From positions 100,254,001 to 100,318,000 of the forward strand of contig OZ286465.1 of assembly GCA_965644265.1 (NCBI GenBank): 64,000 bases of DNA. The letters are read 5' to 3'. Source of the DNA: Glycera tridactyla (taxonomy: Eukaryota). The stretch's first letter is position 1. The number at the start of each line of letters is the position of its first letter. This document shows positions 13,161-26,399 of the stretch, piece by piece. The position numbers and the translations under genes are program-made. The notes beneath the pieces were generated by a model that did not search any database, was not told where the DNA came from, and worked only from the letters and a program-made list of their open reading frames with translations.

Positions 13161-14885
13161 ATCATTTTTCATTCATTATTGGAGCATTTATGAAAGAATA
13201 TGTATATTGATAATTATTATGTCCGTATTGCACTTTATGATGATCATTTTATTAAGAAGAAAAGAGTCATATTGTAGGTGTTGTGATTGGTATAGAGGGC
13301 AGTGCGTACGAAGGCTATATAAGCATACCGAAGATCCAACCACCACCCCTGTTCACCACCAGCTTGGCTCATACTTTAATGATTGATCCATTTATTATAT
13401 GAAAGTGAGTCCCACAACAAGGGAGTGTGTAGTTAGGTGTGTATGATTCAGTCAAAATGACAAAAAAGTGTTGAAGGTAGGAGCAAGTTTGATGTCCAAG
13501 GGCAGTAAATTGTACAGGGATGGGCAGCATGAGCGAAGTTACAGCTAATTCTACCTTTCTGACATGAACATGAATTGAGAGCCAGGAAACATAGGTGGGC
13601 AATCATAGTTGCTTTGAATACAGCTAACTTCCATGGCAGTCATGACTGTACAGCCTCACACCTACTCTGTCATAATTGGCAGCCACATGGCCATTTTCGA
13701 TACGTTTCTTGGAACAAAAGTTGCAGCAGTACGCACATAGAGATTGACATTTTGATGACTTCTCATTCAACCAGCAATGGCCCAAATATATACAGCACCC
13801 TCAGCGAATTTCACATCCTCTTTGAAAAACCTCTTTGGAAAACATAAGTCACAAACAAGTTATTGTCAGGAAACCATTCTGAATTTTATGCACTCAGTGA
13901 CCTTGAAATTCAAGTTTTTGAGTTATCCGCCGGAAAGCATCTTTCAACCACCCACCTACCCACACCGAAGTAGATTCTGAAATATAGTGCCCCTTCAGTG
14001 TTACACACGGTGGGGCATGATCAGCGATAGATGCTGGAGTATGGAGACAGATATTTCATTAGTGATGCTGATTTAATATCTGAGAATGTGGCTCCTGAAA
14101 TTGTCTCTTTGGTCTATGGCATCAACAGTATAAATATTTTATGTTGGATGCAATTGCATCATATCTTGCTATCTGATATCAAAGCTACGTTCAATGCTGT
14201 ATCCCCTGTTACTATTCTATCCAGACATAGGGTATACAAATATGATCTACAGTCTGTTTGTCTTTCTTTGTGGCACCTGTCTTTGGCTGAAAATTCTTTG
14301 GAATGTGCATCCAAGTGAAAGATATTAATGCCGCTACTTACGATGGATATTGTCGCTCATATATCTTCTCAAATTTGACTAATGCCATCTGTGTTGGTGA
14401 GTGGAATCCTAAGTGATAGAAGCAACCTGGGTTTGTTTATCGCTGTAACGTAGCACTTGAAGGTGGTGCAGTACTGCCAACTGGACTATGACCTTGATTA
14501 TGACATCATGATGTGATACATAAACGGGTCATAAGTACAGGCAAGTATCAACTAACCGGAATACGCAGTGGATTTGACTATTCATCATAAGGAACGTAAG
14601 TAATCTGTTCAATTCTATTTAGATAAATGACTACTTCAAATGATGTTTCCCATAAAATCATTAACATTGTAGGACCTGGAGTAGGATTCAAGAAAAACTT
14701 TAGCCCATGATGGTTGATTTTGAACTCCAAGGCCACTTCCGCAGCAAATCTGCAATGCATGATGGTCAATACATGCAACAGAATAGTGAGTCAAATAACC
14801 CCTGCCAAATTTTAAATTGAACCGCAAAAGTTTGAGGATTGTTGATTGATTGGAAATAGGAAAATGGCTACATAACAAGGCACTG

Positions 14886-15020
14886 CAGTGAAATCTGTGA
14901 CGAGAGACACCCGACAAGAGACCACCCTGATGGGAGACCGCTTTTCCAGGCCAGCTTTTCTATCCGGCATAGTCAAATATATCTCTGACGAGAAACGGTC
15001 TCTCGTCACATGTTTCACTG
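14886..15020. mobile_element. MITE family A, short copy
   Basis: CAGTGAAATCTG...ATGTTTCACTG with GAGACC motifs. Confidence 0.8.
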
Positions 15021-15581
15021 CAATCTCCTGATTTCCAAAGCGTCTCAATGCTGTGAACTCAAGTTTGTCAAATCCGAAATGGACAGGTATGTTTCTCATG
15101 TTATGTCCAAAGTTTCAATGGGCTGACAGGGTCTCAACTTTTATACTAACGCATATATATTAAGATGACATTCAAGTCTTACCATAACAAAATGATTGGC
15201 TGAATGCGGGGATAGAGATTGATGCAAATTTGCATTGAATTAAAGTTACTTTGTATATTTCACCACAGAATGCCTAATATGTTTATCTCGAGCTGGTTTC
15301 ACAGCAAGTGCAATAGCCACTTTTCCATCTCTATTTTTCCACATACAAATACTCGCCAATAATGTCAGCGAATTCGCAACAGCATGCAGACTATCTGAAA
15401 CCAATGTTCAATAACTGCCGGACAACCTGTACAATACACTCGTGCCTTTAAGACTCAGATCAGATGAAAAATGGCAAATTCATCATGTGAAATGTACCTG
15501 CTACATTTAGATTTGACAAAGTTCAGTATGTGTGAATTTTTCTGGTCTGTGTGCATGTTGACAATGCTACACTATGCGGTA

Positions 15582-15762
15582 CTGTAAAACCTGTCTTGGG
15601 AGACCACCCCAAATGCCAATGAAGAAGAGTGGTCTCTAAAGACAGGTGGTCTCTCATTGGAGGTATATTTGACTATGTCAAATAGAGAAGAGCCAATAAA
15701 GAGCTGTCTCCCATTAGAGGGTGGTCTCCCAATAGAGGGGTCTCCCAAGACAGGTTTCACTG
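15582..15762. mobile_element. MITE family A, full length, TA TSD
   Basis: TA-CTGTAAAACCTGTCTTGGGAGACC...GGTCTCCCAAGACAGGTTTCACTG-TA; closely similar to 45117-45294 in reverse. Confidence 0.92.
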
Positions 15763-16269
15763 TAGTTGGAAGTGGAGTCCAGAATCTCTTCAGATAAAGT
15801 CTGTCAAGCTCTATCGTGGCAGGTACGTTTTCCGCTCTAGCATCGCGAATTTGCTTCAGATTTAAACGAAACTCAATGACAGACATTGTTGACATCTTGG
15901 ATGATCAATCATGTGAACTCGGCAAGGCCCACATGTATATTTCATCTTAGAACCCATATCTACATTGTTTTACATAGGGAAGACTGGGCAATAATGCATG
16001 TGGATTCGCCCAAAAAATGAAATGATATGACAACGTGAGTCCCTGATGATGTGAGTCCCAGAAACCTGATCTGATGATCGTCAGAAGAACTCCTCAATAC
16101 ATTCGTGCCATTAAAACTGAAATCACACAAGAAATGGCGAAGTTGGCATCTGAAACGCACCCACCAAATTCGGATTTGACAGAGTTTAGCAGTCACGAGT
16201 GGGTATGAGGCCTTCAATTTGCAATGTTGTCAGCTGAGATGATATGGCCTACATGTTCCACCATCTCAC

Positions 16270-16436
16270 CTCTTTTTCTAGATAGAGTTTGTTGCAAATG
16301 ACAAGAGTTCAGATGACAACCCCGCTTCCAATCTTCATCATCTGTTTTCAGGCAGTTTCTACGAAAATTACCATCATGAGATCTCTTTTGCCTCACTTTT
16401 TTCCTATTCCTTGGAGCGCTATCACAATTTTTTCTC
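16270..16436 (-). CDS. Candidate 167-nt exon (RKNCDSAPRN...TLSRKR)
   Basis: CTGTTTTGCAG acceptor and GAG|GTGAGA donor; one open frame; no homology recognised. Confidence 0.25.
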
Positions 16437-16544
16437 CTGCAAAACAGGCTCATGTGTAGATGGCTGACAGTTTGTCTGGCGAAGATGTCACTAAGCACAG
16501 AGCTTTTGCTTGGTACATCAGTTCCGATTTACTGTGGCTGCTAC

Positions 16545-16692
16545 ATCTAAACCTATGGCACGAGATGCTCATATATTTCACCAAAAAATGGTCTCTCAAG
16601 AATGGTGGTCTCTTGTCAGAGGTTCATTCAACTATGTCGGGAGAGAAAGAAGTTATCTCTTGTCAGAGGGGCTCTCATCACAGGTTTCACTG
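16545..16692. mobile_element. MITE family A, degenerate
   Basis: GGTCTCTC motifs and a CAGGTTTCACTG right end. Confidence 0.7.
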
Positions 16693-18026
16693 TTTTAAGT
16701 TGACCAGGGAGTGTGATCACCCTGAACTACAAGACTTGTTCTACACTTGGTTTGAGTTTGAATTTTCAAAACTCGACAATTTGGTTACTCATTTCCTAAA
16801 TCTTATCATCTGGTCATTTTGAATAACGAACTTTTTTTCAAAATCATAGCTAACGGGCTTGAGTGTCAGATTTTGCAATGTACTTCCAATTGACATTTTT
16901 CCGATCCTGATTATTTTGTGGTCAGGTGTGTGAAAGTGAGGCTAGCATGGGCCAATGCATCCCACATTTATTGATCCATGATTTTACCGGATGACGCATG
17001 GTGTTGAAACTTCAATCAGCCATCCAACCAACCAATCACCCGACTANNNNNNNNNNNNNNNNNNNNNNNNNNNNNNNNNNNNNNNNNNNNNNNNNNNNNN
17101 NNNNNNNNNNNNNNNNNNNNNNNNNNNNNNNNNNNNNNNNNNNNNNNNNNNNNNNNNNNNNNNNNNNNNNNNNNNNNNNNNNNNNNNNNNNNNNNNNNNN
17201 NNNNNNNNNNNNNNNNNNNNNNNNNNNNNNNNNNNATACACTTTCAAGGACAAAGATCCACATATAACAGGCCTTATTCCATCATTCTGACAAATACGCA
17301 TTCTATGAAAACCAAGTTGTTCATTGGCACGGTTTCAGCTTCCGGAAATGATCCTTCATGCAGCTACGACAGGCACGTAGTATGTCTGAAATATTTAATG
17401 TAAACATCCTCTCTGGAGACTGATATTATGCGGTGCTTCATCATGACTGGTGAATGATGGATTTAAACATAAGTACATGATAATTGATAGTGACAGGCAT
17501 ATACATACAGTACCACCCCTTCATGCTACAGCTCTTTCTAAATTCACACAATCTATGGTTGATTTCACTGTACTTGTGAACATATTATTCAGAAATATAT
17601 ACACATTTCCAGCATTGATTGAAATAGAATCATCAGTCGCTCCAGATACAAGCATTCGCAGAGATGCTGCAAACATAAACCATCATATTTGAAAAGTTCT
17701 TGTCACTGGTCACATTGTTTATGTATTGATGATGCAATATTCTGCATCATAATCCATCATATCGATATCATCTGCACATTACTTCAAGAACAACATCCTG
17801 ACAAAAAAGAATCGGTCATGAATAAAGTGGAAAAGACAGTAGTCAATTTTAGTGGTCTAGCCACATAGCCTAAATATGATATGTTTATGCAATAGAAATA
17901 GAACTATGAGAAAAAATTATTGTGCAAGATTCATTAATTACAAGTGACCAATATAGTCATATAACTTGCTTATACAAACATGTACGGTTAAACATAGATG
18001 TGCGCAGGTGTGTCACTCGTCCGAGC

Positions 18027-18947
18027 AGCTGTGTACAGGTGTCAGTAGTCCTGGCAACAGTGAACAAGTAGCGTTATCAGTCTTAGCAACTGTGTACCGG
18101 TGTCAGTAGTCCTGGCAACAGTGAAGAAGTAGTGATAACAGTCATAACAACTGTGTACAGGTGTCAGTAGTCCTGGCAACAGTGAAGAAGTAGCGTTATC
18201 AGTCTTAGCAACTGTGTACAGATGTCAGCAGTCCTGGCAACAGTGAACAAGTAGCGTTATCAGTCTTAGCAACTGTGTACCGGTGTCAGTAGTCCTGGCA
18301 ACAGTGAAGAAGTAGCGTTATCAGTCTTAGCAACTGTGTACAGGTGTCAGTAGTCCTGGCAACAGTGAAAAAGTAGTGATATCAGTCATAGCAACTGTGT
18401 ACAGGTGTCAGTAGTCCTGGCAACAGTGAAAAAGTAGTGATATCAGTCTTAGCAACTGTGTACCGGTGTCATTAGTCCTGGCAACAGTGAACAAGTAGTG
18501 ATATCAGTCATAGCAACTGTGTACAGGTGTCTGTAGTCCTGGCAACAGTGAACAGGTAGTGATATCAGTCATAGCAACTGTGTACAGGTGTCATTAGTCC
18601 TGGCAACAGTGAACAAGTAGTGTTATCTGTCGTAGCAACTGTGTACAGGTGTCACTTATCCTGGCAACAGTGAACAGGTAGTGTTATCAGTCTTACCAAC
18701 TGTGTACAGGTGTCAGAAGTCCTGGCAACAGTGAACAAGTAGCATTATCAGTCTAAGCAACTGTGTACATGTGTCATTAGTCCTGGCAACAGTGAACAAG
18801 TAGCGTTATCAATCTTAGCAACAGTGTACAGGTGTCAGTAGTCCTGGCAACAGTGAACAAGTAGCGTTATCAGTCGTAGCAACTGTTTACCGGTGTCAGT
18901 AGTCCTGGCAACAGTGAACAAGTAGCGTTATCAGTCGTAGCTGTGTA
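18027..18947 (+). repeat. Minisatellite, 61-bp unit, 15 copies
   Basis: Unit GCAACTGTGTACAGGTGTCAGTAGTCCTGGCAACAGTGAACAAGTAGCGTTATCAGTCTTA; shifts 1 nt per 60-nt line; non-coding in all frames checked. Confidence 0.98.
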
Positions 18948-19659
18948 AGAGAAGCAATACTCATCCTCATGGCGGGCACTGAGTGCACCTGCACACAGAA
19001 AATTATCTCTGGTTTTGTTTCAATAAAAAAAAAATGTATATGTCAGATGACAGCAGAAGTGAGGACAAAGTGTGACATTTTGAGAAAAAATTAACGATAC
19101 CGGATTTCTCCTAAATCCAAATAGCATGGAGGACCATAATTTTAGATTTTTGCACCATCAAGCACAGGCTGAATCCTGCATGAGGCTCATAATGATGATG
19201 GACTGATCAATTAGAGTGGAATCTGTCAAAGTGGTTGGTCTTTCTGGACTCAAGAGTCTGAGATATCCAGGATTGATCATTGAATGAGCAAGTCCTCATC
19301 ACCTTACAAATCTACAAAATGTACAAATCGAGAAATAGAAATATGGTGCCCTTTCAGAGTGTTCACTACTCTCAAAACATCAATGAAATATTAAGGCAAT
19401 TCAAACGATTTCAGTGTCCATTTCTTGTGAATGATGCAGAAGGAATTCAGGATGAACACCACTATAATGACTATAAATAGCACATTAATCACTGTGACAA
19501 AATTAAATCCAGCAGATTATAAGGCTGGTCAATAGATGACACAGGGCACCTTGAAACCAACCACTAAGAATGCAGGAAGTGTTCAAGTGGGTGTATGGAG
19601 AAAAATGTCCTTCTACAAATTGCTCTACAACTGTCAACCTACTTCAGTAGATTCTGCCG

Positions 19660-19840
19660 GATCTTGATGAATGGAGCTTTTCCAAACCAACATCCATCTC
19701 ACTATGTGCACAATAACAATATATATATATATACATAAATGAGAAATGTGGATCTTTACATATTTCCAAAATCTACAAGGACAACTTCTCATCAACTTAA
19801 GACCTTGACAACTGATGAGGCCTGTGAAGGCCGAAGCGGA
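19660..19840 (+). mobile_element. Penelope-like 3' remnant with a decayed hammerhead core
   Basis: INEKCGSLHISKIY followed by CTGATGA-GGCC-TGTGAA-GGCC-GAAG. Confidence 0.65.
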
Positions 19841-21393
19841 GAACTACACACCACTCCAAAACTCAAATACTGGTTTGGGACTGTAGATTGAGAATCCCCT
19901 GGGGATTTTGGGGAATCCTGCGGCTATCCCTGTGATCTCATTCCCAAAGTGAGGCACCACCGCGATGTCATGCGTCTCCATGATAACAGCGGTTGGTGAC
20001 GTCACAGGCGTGCGCCCGAAGCAACCGCATCATTCTTGGTCTTGCTGGTCGTCATTCAACAACGTGGTCTTGGCCTCGTCTGACATTATATATAGTATAT
20101 ATTTTTTTTTTCATGATGACGTGGCAAAAACGTCTATCTTCGACCTTGGTAAGACTTGGGAAACAAAAATGATATATATATATACATATAAGCCAAGCTT
20201 GACAAACAGGGAACAAAACTCAAGTTTCCCATGGCTTACTAATTCAAACTGAAAAAAAAAACACTTGTGGCTTGCTTATCCTTTAGAATTTTCAACATCC
20301 CATCATGCAGTGAAGGAAAATGAATGATTAATAACAATGCAGCAGAGTATTGAAGAAACTCACTACGATTGAGAACTAAGAAGATATTTGCTCAAAATTC
20401 ATCTGCACTTCTCAGTCAGTCCGCATGCAGTTTAAAAACTACATTGCAGAAAATTACCAAAGACGGATTCTCAGAGGCTGGTATTTCTATCTTTTCATAT
20501 GTTATGTTTGAAATACTTGTGGCATTTCATGAGTTTATTGACAAGATTAACCAAGTAGGCTATCTTGAGAGCAAGATATTTGTGAGAGTATATACCTTAT
20601 CACGAAGTAAATTTGGACTTATCCGTCATGCGATTGACTATCTTAGTAACACCAACCGATTTTTTGCTCAGGTTCATTCTTCAGAATCAAATATCTGCAG
20701 GTATATGCAGTCATCTTAAATGGAATAGGGTTTTTTGTTGTAGGAGTCAAAAGCGAGTTGTTCTCCCTGATCAAATGAAAAATGTACACTCTCCCAGTTG
20801 GACTTTTCACTCACTCAAAACTAAATTCACTCTCCCCGGGATTCGGGAGAGTGGCTAAATTCGAAGACAGGTTGCAATTTTGTTGAATGTGAGCCTCCTG
20901 CATCTTCTTGATTGACATCACTGGCAGGAGAGTGACATTCACCCCAGCTTCAGCATCCAGGAAGTGAGGGGATTATGATGCATATTGAGGAATCACTAGG
21001 TTATGACAAGACGGTGGTCTGGTGTCAGCCCATCAATACCCGGGGGTAATTTATGCCGGTGTAAATGTTTAATACTTCCGTTATTCATGGGAGAAACTCG
21101 ACAAAGCTGCCGGTTCTACTTTGCACTGCATTCTGGGAGATGTAACACTATTTTGCCGCACTGATTAGGTTAACTCTACAATTCCCACATCATCGAAACT
21201 AGAGTCAAAAGTAGCGCCAGACTTGGATCAAGTATTGTTTGTGATGTGGGCTGTTTCACTGCTATCACAGTATACAGAAGTCCATCCACATTAATCTGAA
21301 AATCATGCAAACTTCATATTTCAACAAAACAACCATCAGTGGAATTCACCCCAAGCAAGGTTGTATCATCGCCTTACTTCCTGCAGGCGATTT

Positions 21394-21397
21394 CAGA

Positions 21398-21428
<31 letters not shown>

Positions 21429-21610
21429 GACAAAACTTTATTTTCATTGGCGACAGTAGCAAATTCACAAGTAAACAGTGCATACAATGATCAAGAAGCT
21501 AGTCATACGACTATTTTTGGCTACCACCAAGGTCTAGTTGTTACCAGTTGTCATACTGCATATGTATATGTACATCATATGCATGTTTTAACCATCAAAT
21601 GTGTTCAGCC
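21394..21610 (-). mobile_element. CR1-type LINE 3' terminus
   Basis: Minus strand has AATAAA followed by four copies of (ATTCTGTC), a CR1-like octamer tail. Confidence 0.6.
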
Positions 21611-22694
21611 GACTACCTTCATGGATTGATACATGGCAAATAATAGAGTCTCATGCCATATGATAAGGGAAGAAGGGATGATGACGGACAAGCGGATGAA
21701 GGAAGATGAGAGGTGGTTAAAGAGAGAAAAGAGAAGAAAGAGAAGAAATAGGTAGGTAAGAAAGAAAGAAGAAGAGGAAAGAGAAGAAGAGAACTGTCGG
21801 CTTCAATCATGTATCTCATCATCATTATTTCATTTTTCATTTTTGTTCATCAAAATGTGAAGATGACTTCAGTGAATTCATTTTTGTATCATATATTTGT
21901 GGAATTTAGACCTTATTTGTTTAATTAACTCATGAAAGAAGACGCTTCATGAGTATCTTGATCAATGAGACAATCAGTCCTTAACTAGTAATTGGTGGAG
22001 CCTTGGGCTGCTGGTTATGACAAGTAGTTTTTCTTATCAGGCACGCAAACCAGGGGTCACCTGGTGCTTGGGGCACCTGTCTCCTTCAATCAAGTCAGTT
22101 TTAAAGGAAATGCTACCGTACAGATGGGAATGATTGTATTGGCCAGCTCCTTAGATGTCTCCATAGTGGGTTCACCAATATCAATGCCCTCAAAATAAGT
22201 GAGAAAAATCATTGTGTTCTTTTTATCAGCAAGCAATTGAACCCACGACCTCTGAGTAAGGCACCCACCGCCAGCAACACACTGCCTGTACTCCTTACCG
22301 CTACTCTACAGACACCCAAAACACCCACACACACACAGAAACTCAATGCACACACATACACACATTTCTTTAGTGTTTCAAACGCCCAAATTATTTTTTG
22401 GCTTGTATGTACCTGCCACACACGCACATACACACACACGAGTGCCCCTTACTCTGGAGGACCCACCTTTGGGGGTCGTGTCAAAACCGATTATGCATCC
22501 ATAATTGCGATGTGAATACAAGCATACTAAATACAATCACCAGGGAGAGACTGTATTGTTATGTTGCTACTAGCAAAGCATGGACCTAAAATGTTCCCGT
22601 CCCCAGAGAGCTCACAGATGGTCGGGGTGACCGTCAACCACTCGTCAGTTGAGTGGAGTCGACTTTTACTTTCATTCATGTATTATAACAAGAA

Positions 22695-22930
22695 TATATG
22701 GCCGTGATGTAAAAATGCAATACCAAACAAGGTGTCAATTTTGCCAGCCTTGTGACATCCGGCAAGATTCAAACCAAGTTTGGTGTTGCATTTTTACCTC
22801 ATGGCCATATATTCTTGCTTTTATCACATGGATTAGGAAAGAAATCATCAGAAAGAAGTTCTCATCCAGTTGGGAAGTATCTCACATAATACTCAATACC
22901 TGATACTTCGCTGAAAATGTGATGATAAGA
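22695..22930 (+). repeat. Dispersed palindromic repeat family C, copy 1
   Basis: TATATGGCCGTGA...CAATACCAAAC arm and its reverse complement, then a conserved tail; homologous to 36519-36750 and 48511-48770. Confidence 0.9.
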
Positions 22931-23698
22931 GATACAGGATACTCAATAAATTCATGATAAAGAGCATCTTTAAAATTTTCGTGCAATGGATGATGGTCAC
23001 AATGAGACGATTGAACCTATGATATATACAAATTGGATTATTTCTGAAAATGGAATTTGTTTATTTCAATGGTACATTGTGAAACATAGTTTCATTCCAT
23101 TTTCATATGCCGTCGTTGGAAACCATTTCATAAGGAAATGAAATAAGAAAACCAGTAGACACTTCTCAGGTGACATGCTGCACCATTCCTGGGCCTTGAA
23201 AATCCAATTTGTTGTAGCGATAAGGCTTTTTTCAATAGCAGATATTGTAGAGAAAAATATGATATAGTCTCCAAACTTGTGTCAATCTTATGACATTCTT
23301 ATCAAATAATCATATGCCATTTGCAAAGCTGAGCAAATTGCTCCTCAAGTGATATGGAAATTGCAAATTTCACCTTGCTCTCATAGTAGATGGAAGCTGG
23401 GCAAGCAGCAAATCAGGGTTTGACAAGTTGGTTTTTGCATAAGCTTCGAAGGTGGTAAAATCATGAACATTAGAGTTCAACCAAAAATCATGAGGAGTTC
23501 AGCTAGGAGTCTCCAATGAATATCCAATCCAAATATGAAGTTGATCGCCCTGCAATATTTTGTGTTATTGCAGCCACATACAATTCACAAGGTGAATGTA
23601 ATTTCACCTATTTTGGAACAATTTCTCGAGATGTTTCTCGACATTAGGCTCACTCTACAAGCATTCTTGGTCATATGATGGATCATTAGTGTTGCTTT

Positions 23699-23832
23699 AT
23701 GAACCGGGACCAGAGATACCACCTCCCACCAGTCTATCAGCTCCCCCACAACCTGGGCACCGAGGCAACGCTACTAATCCATCACATCACCAAGACGGCT
23801 TGTAGAGAGTGATTGAAATGTCATGAAATGTC
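23699..23832 (+). mobile_element. Penelope-like 3' remnant
   Basis: MNRDQRYHLPPVYQL matches the PLE C-terminal LNRDxG-YxLPxVY pattern. Confidence 0.6.
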
Positions 23833-24110
23833 TCATTCCAAGTAGGTTTAGCATAGATCAAGAACAATATATTTACAACAGTACACCCGACAGTTAGTCT
23901 CATGCATAATGTCAAGACAAGAACATACTACCGCATTAATGTTCAGACCATGGGGGACAGAAACTTACAGATTAAGCAATCCTTTATGAGACCCATAGTC
24001 ACTTTCTTGCTCTTTTTTAGAGGTCTCTTCACTCTTGAATTGAGAATTGTAAAACTCATATCAAGAATTAATTCTTACCTATGTTACCTGCATGTTTCAT
24101 TTTCCTAGTA

Positions 24111-24272
24111 CAGTGAAACCTGTCTTCGGAGACCACCCTATAATGGGAGACCACTCTCTATCGGCTCTTCTCTATTTGACATAGTCAAACATACCTCCAA
24201 TGAGAGACAACCTGTCATGAGAGACCACTTTTTGTTGGTGTTTGGGGTGGTCTCCCATTACAGGTTTCACTG
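24111..24272. mobile_element. MITE family A, TA TSD
   Basis: TA-CAGTGAAACCTG...CAGGTTTCACTG-TA with the central palindrome. Confidence 0.92.
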
Positions 24273-24747
24273 TACCAATTTTTGCAATGATGAATGAAAT
24301 ATTAAAATGTGACATATTCCTTCTGTTCTGTTCTGTTGGATTCATACAGAAAGCTTCATTATCTGGACTAAGGCACATATCAGAAGGTATGCAGTAAAAG
24401 GTTAACTGCACTTTGCAAGAGCTCAACTTGCCTGATGGCAATTCCCTAGTTTGGTTGATGAGGAGCTGGCAGATGGGTTTCAATCCACCACCTGGTGGAC
24501 AATAGATAAGTACTTATGTTTTTTTACGGCCACACAGGAGAGCAGACCACATACCAGAGGTGCATTAGTTGTTCAATCCTGTAATCCCTCGTCAGTCACC
24601 GGTAAAACACGCATTATTTCCTATACTTTTAAAAATCTTTGTTGGAAGACTGAGTCATCACGCAGCGGACAACAAGCTCTCAAATCTAGATGTGTGGAAA
24701 AGTTGAACTTCATTGTGATGCTGATTGTGCTACTACTCCTGCTATTA

Positions 24748-24924
24748 CAGTGAAACCTGCAATGAGAGACCACACTAAATGTCACCATAAAGCGGTCTCT
24801 CAAAAGAGGTGGTCTCTCGTCGGAGGGATATTTGACTATGTAAAATAAAAAAGATGCCCTTAAAAAGCAGTCTCCCGTCAGAGGTGGTCTCTCGTCAGGG
24901 GGTCTCTTGTCGCAGGTTTCATTG
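24748..24924. mobile_element. MITE family A, TA TSD
   Basis: TA-CAGTGAAACCTGC...GCAGGTTTCATTG-TA. Confidence 0.9.
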
Positions 24925-24929
24925 TACTG

Positions 24930-25025
24930 ATAATACCAATGCTACTACTATTGCTGCTGCTGCTAGTCCTGTCACTGCTACCAATACCACCACCACTACT
25001 ACTACCAAAACTACTACTACTACTT

Positions 25026-25065
<40 letters not shown>

Positions 25066-25255
25066 TACTACTACTACCACCACTACTAATGATAATGAAA
25101 ACAATGATAGTAATGATAATGATGATAATAACATTAATAATAATAATAATGATGATGGTAATAACAAAAGATGATGATTATAATAATAATAATGACAATG
25201 GTGACAGCAACAAAAACGACAACAATGGTGACAACAACAACATCAATTACAATGA
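24930..25255. repeat. Compound trinucleotide microsatellite (ACT)n, (AAT/GAT)n, (AAC)n
   Basis: Directly visible. Confidence 0.95.
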
Positions 25256-25509
25256 CAAACTCAAAATTGAAGCCCCTTTACTATATCAAGCACTGAATCA
25301 ATCTGGATCCTTTTGTTTCGGAGAGTTTCTGATTCAGCACTTCTTCAATGTAGAATTCAACTGGTACATGAGTCTTCCTTTGTAATTTTTTTGAAGGTTG
25401 TAGGTCAATACTACTGAGAGAATCGTTCATACTTGGTACAAAATAACAAACATAGGGAATCAAGCATGACACTAACTAGCCATGAGAAATAACTATGACT
25501 AGATTAGGA

Positions 25510-25870
25510 CACATCAAACCATGTAACACCATCAGAAGTAGACTGGTCCACTCAAAGGATAAGGCAGACAAGAAAGAGAGGATAGGTTCGGTCCACCGCA
25601 TAAAGTGCCAGCATTGTCCAGCCACCTACATCCGGGAAACAGAGGGGCGCTTTGCATATGGATAACGAAATACCAGAGAACAGCAGATGGGTTAAAATGG
25701 TCACACTTTCTCCAAGGATGCCGTCTCTATCCTCTACTAAGGACAGGGGTGGTATAGCCGAGGAGTCACTGAGGCAAATTCATCACCGAGAACAAACCCA
25801 CTCTGAACCGGGACCGGGGCCGGCACACACTCCCTGACATCTACAGGGAGATCCTGTCACATGATCTCAC
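25510..25870 (+). mobile_element. Penelope-like GIY-YIG endonuclease remnant
   Basis: HIKPCNTIRSRLVHSKDKADK...GSVHRIKCQHCPATYIRETEG and NKPTLNRDRGRHTLPDIYREIL, with frameshifts and stops. Confidence 0.9.
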
Positions 25871-26399
25871 CTCCACCACAAGGTCATGAGATGAGAGCAA
25901 CTAGTTGCAATTGCCATGGGTCAATAAAACAGTTTGGATGAACTTTGAAATCTTCCCAATTTACAAGCTTACTGTGAGTACCTGAAATCTTACTTCTATA
26001 GATTGGGACTGATAGTGGAAGTGATGATGATGTCGATTACTAGTGAGTCGATGGAGTCACCTAGCCTCTCTAAGAATATTTGACATTCGAAAATATGTAA
26101 TGTCACTGGTGAAGAATCTAAACTCTACTACATTTCTCTTTAGTTGCTGACATGATAAAAGTTTGGCACACTGGTGTCATCTTACTTTTTCAATCTAAAA
26201 AGATGATATACCTACCAATTAGGATGGAGTCAACCCCCCCCCCCCCCCCCCATCAGGTGGATCAAATGTCACCCAATCATACTGACAGAGAAGAATGGCA
26301 AGACATGAACAAGATGGTCACTTAAGGTCAGATCGTTTCTTTTTTGTGACACCAGGTTCAATGATCGCCAGAAGAGAGATATATTTCATTCATTCATTC

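Noticed and set aside
14031-14318. DIKATFNAV as a decayed RT DxxKAFDxV motif
   Set aside because: No other RT motifs at the expected spacing.
16040-16075. CTGATGA...GAAAC as a hammerhead ribozyme
   Set aside because: Stem II has only 2 bp without the G-C closing pair, and there is no stem I.
18027-18947. 61-bp array as a CRISPR array or a Cys-rich repeat exon
   Set aside because: No unique spacers, eukaryotic context, period not divisible by 3, and stops in the frames read.
20369-20719. 116-aa plus-strand ORF
   Set aside because: No motif, non-ATG start and no convincing splice boundaries; the length is compatible with chance.
22240-22310. tRNA gene on the minus strand
   Set aside because: A B-box-like GGTTCAAT is present but no cloverleaf; at most a decayed SINE head.
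24854-25385. Thr-, Val- and Leu-rich ORFs
   Set aside because: Products of trinucleotide microsatellites.
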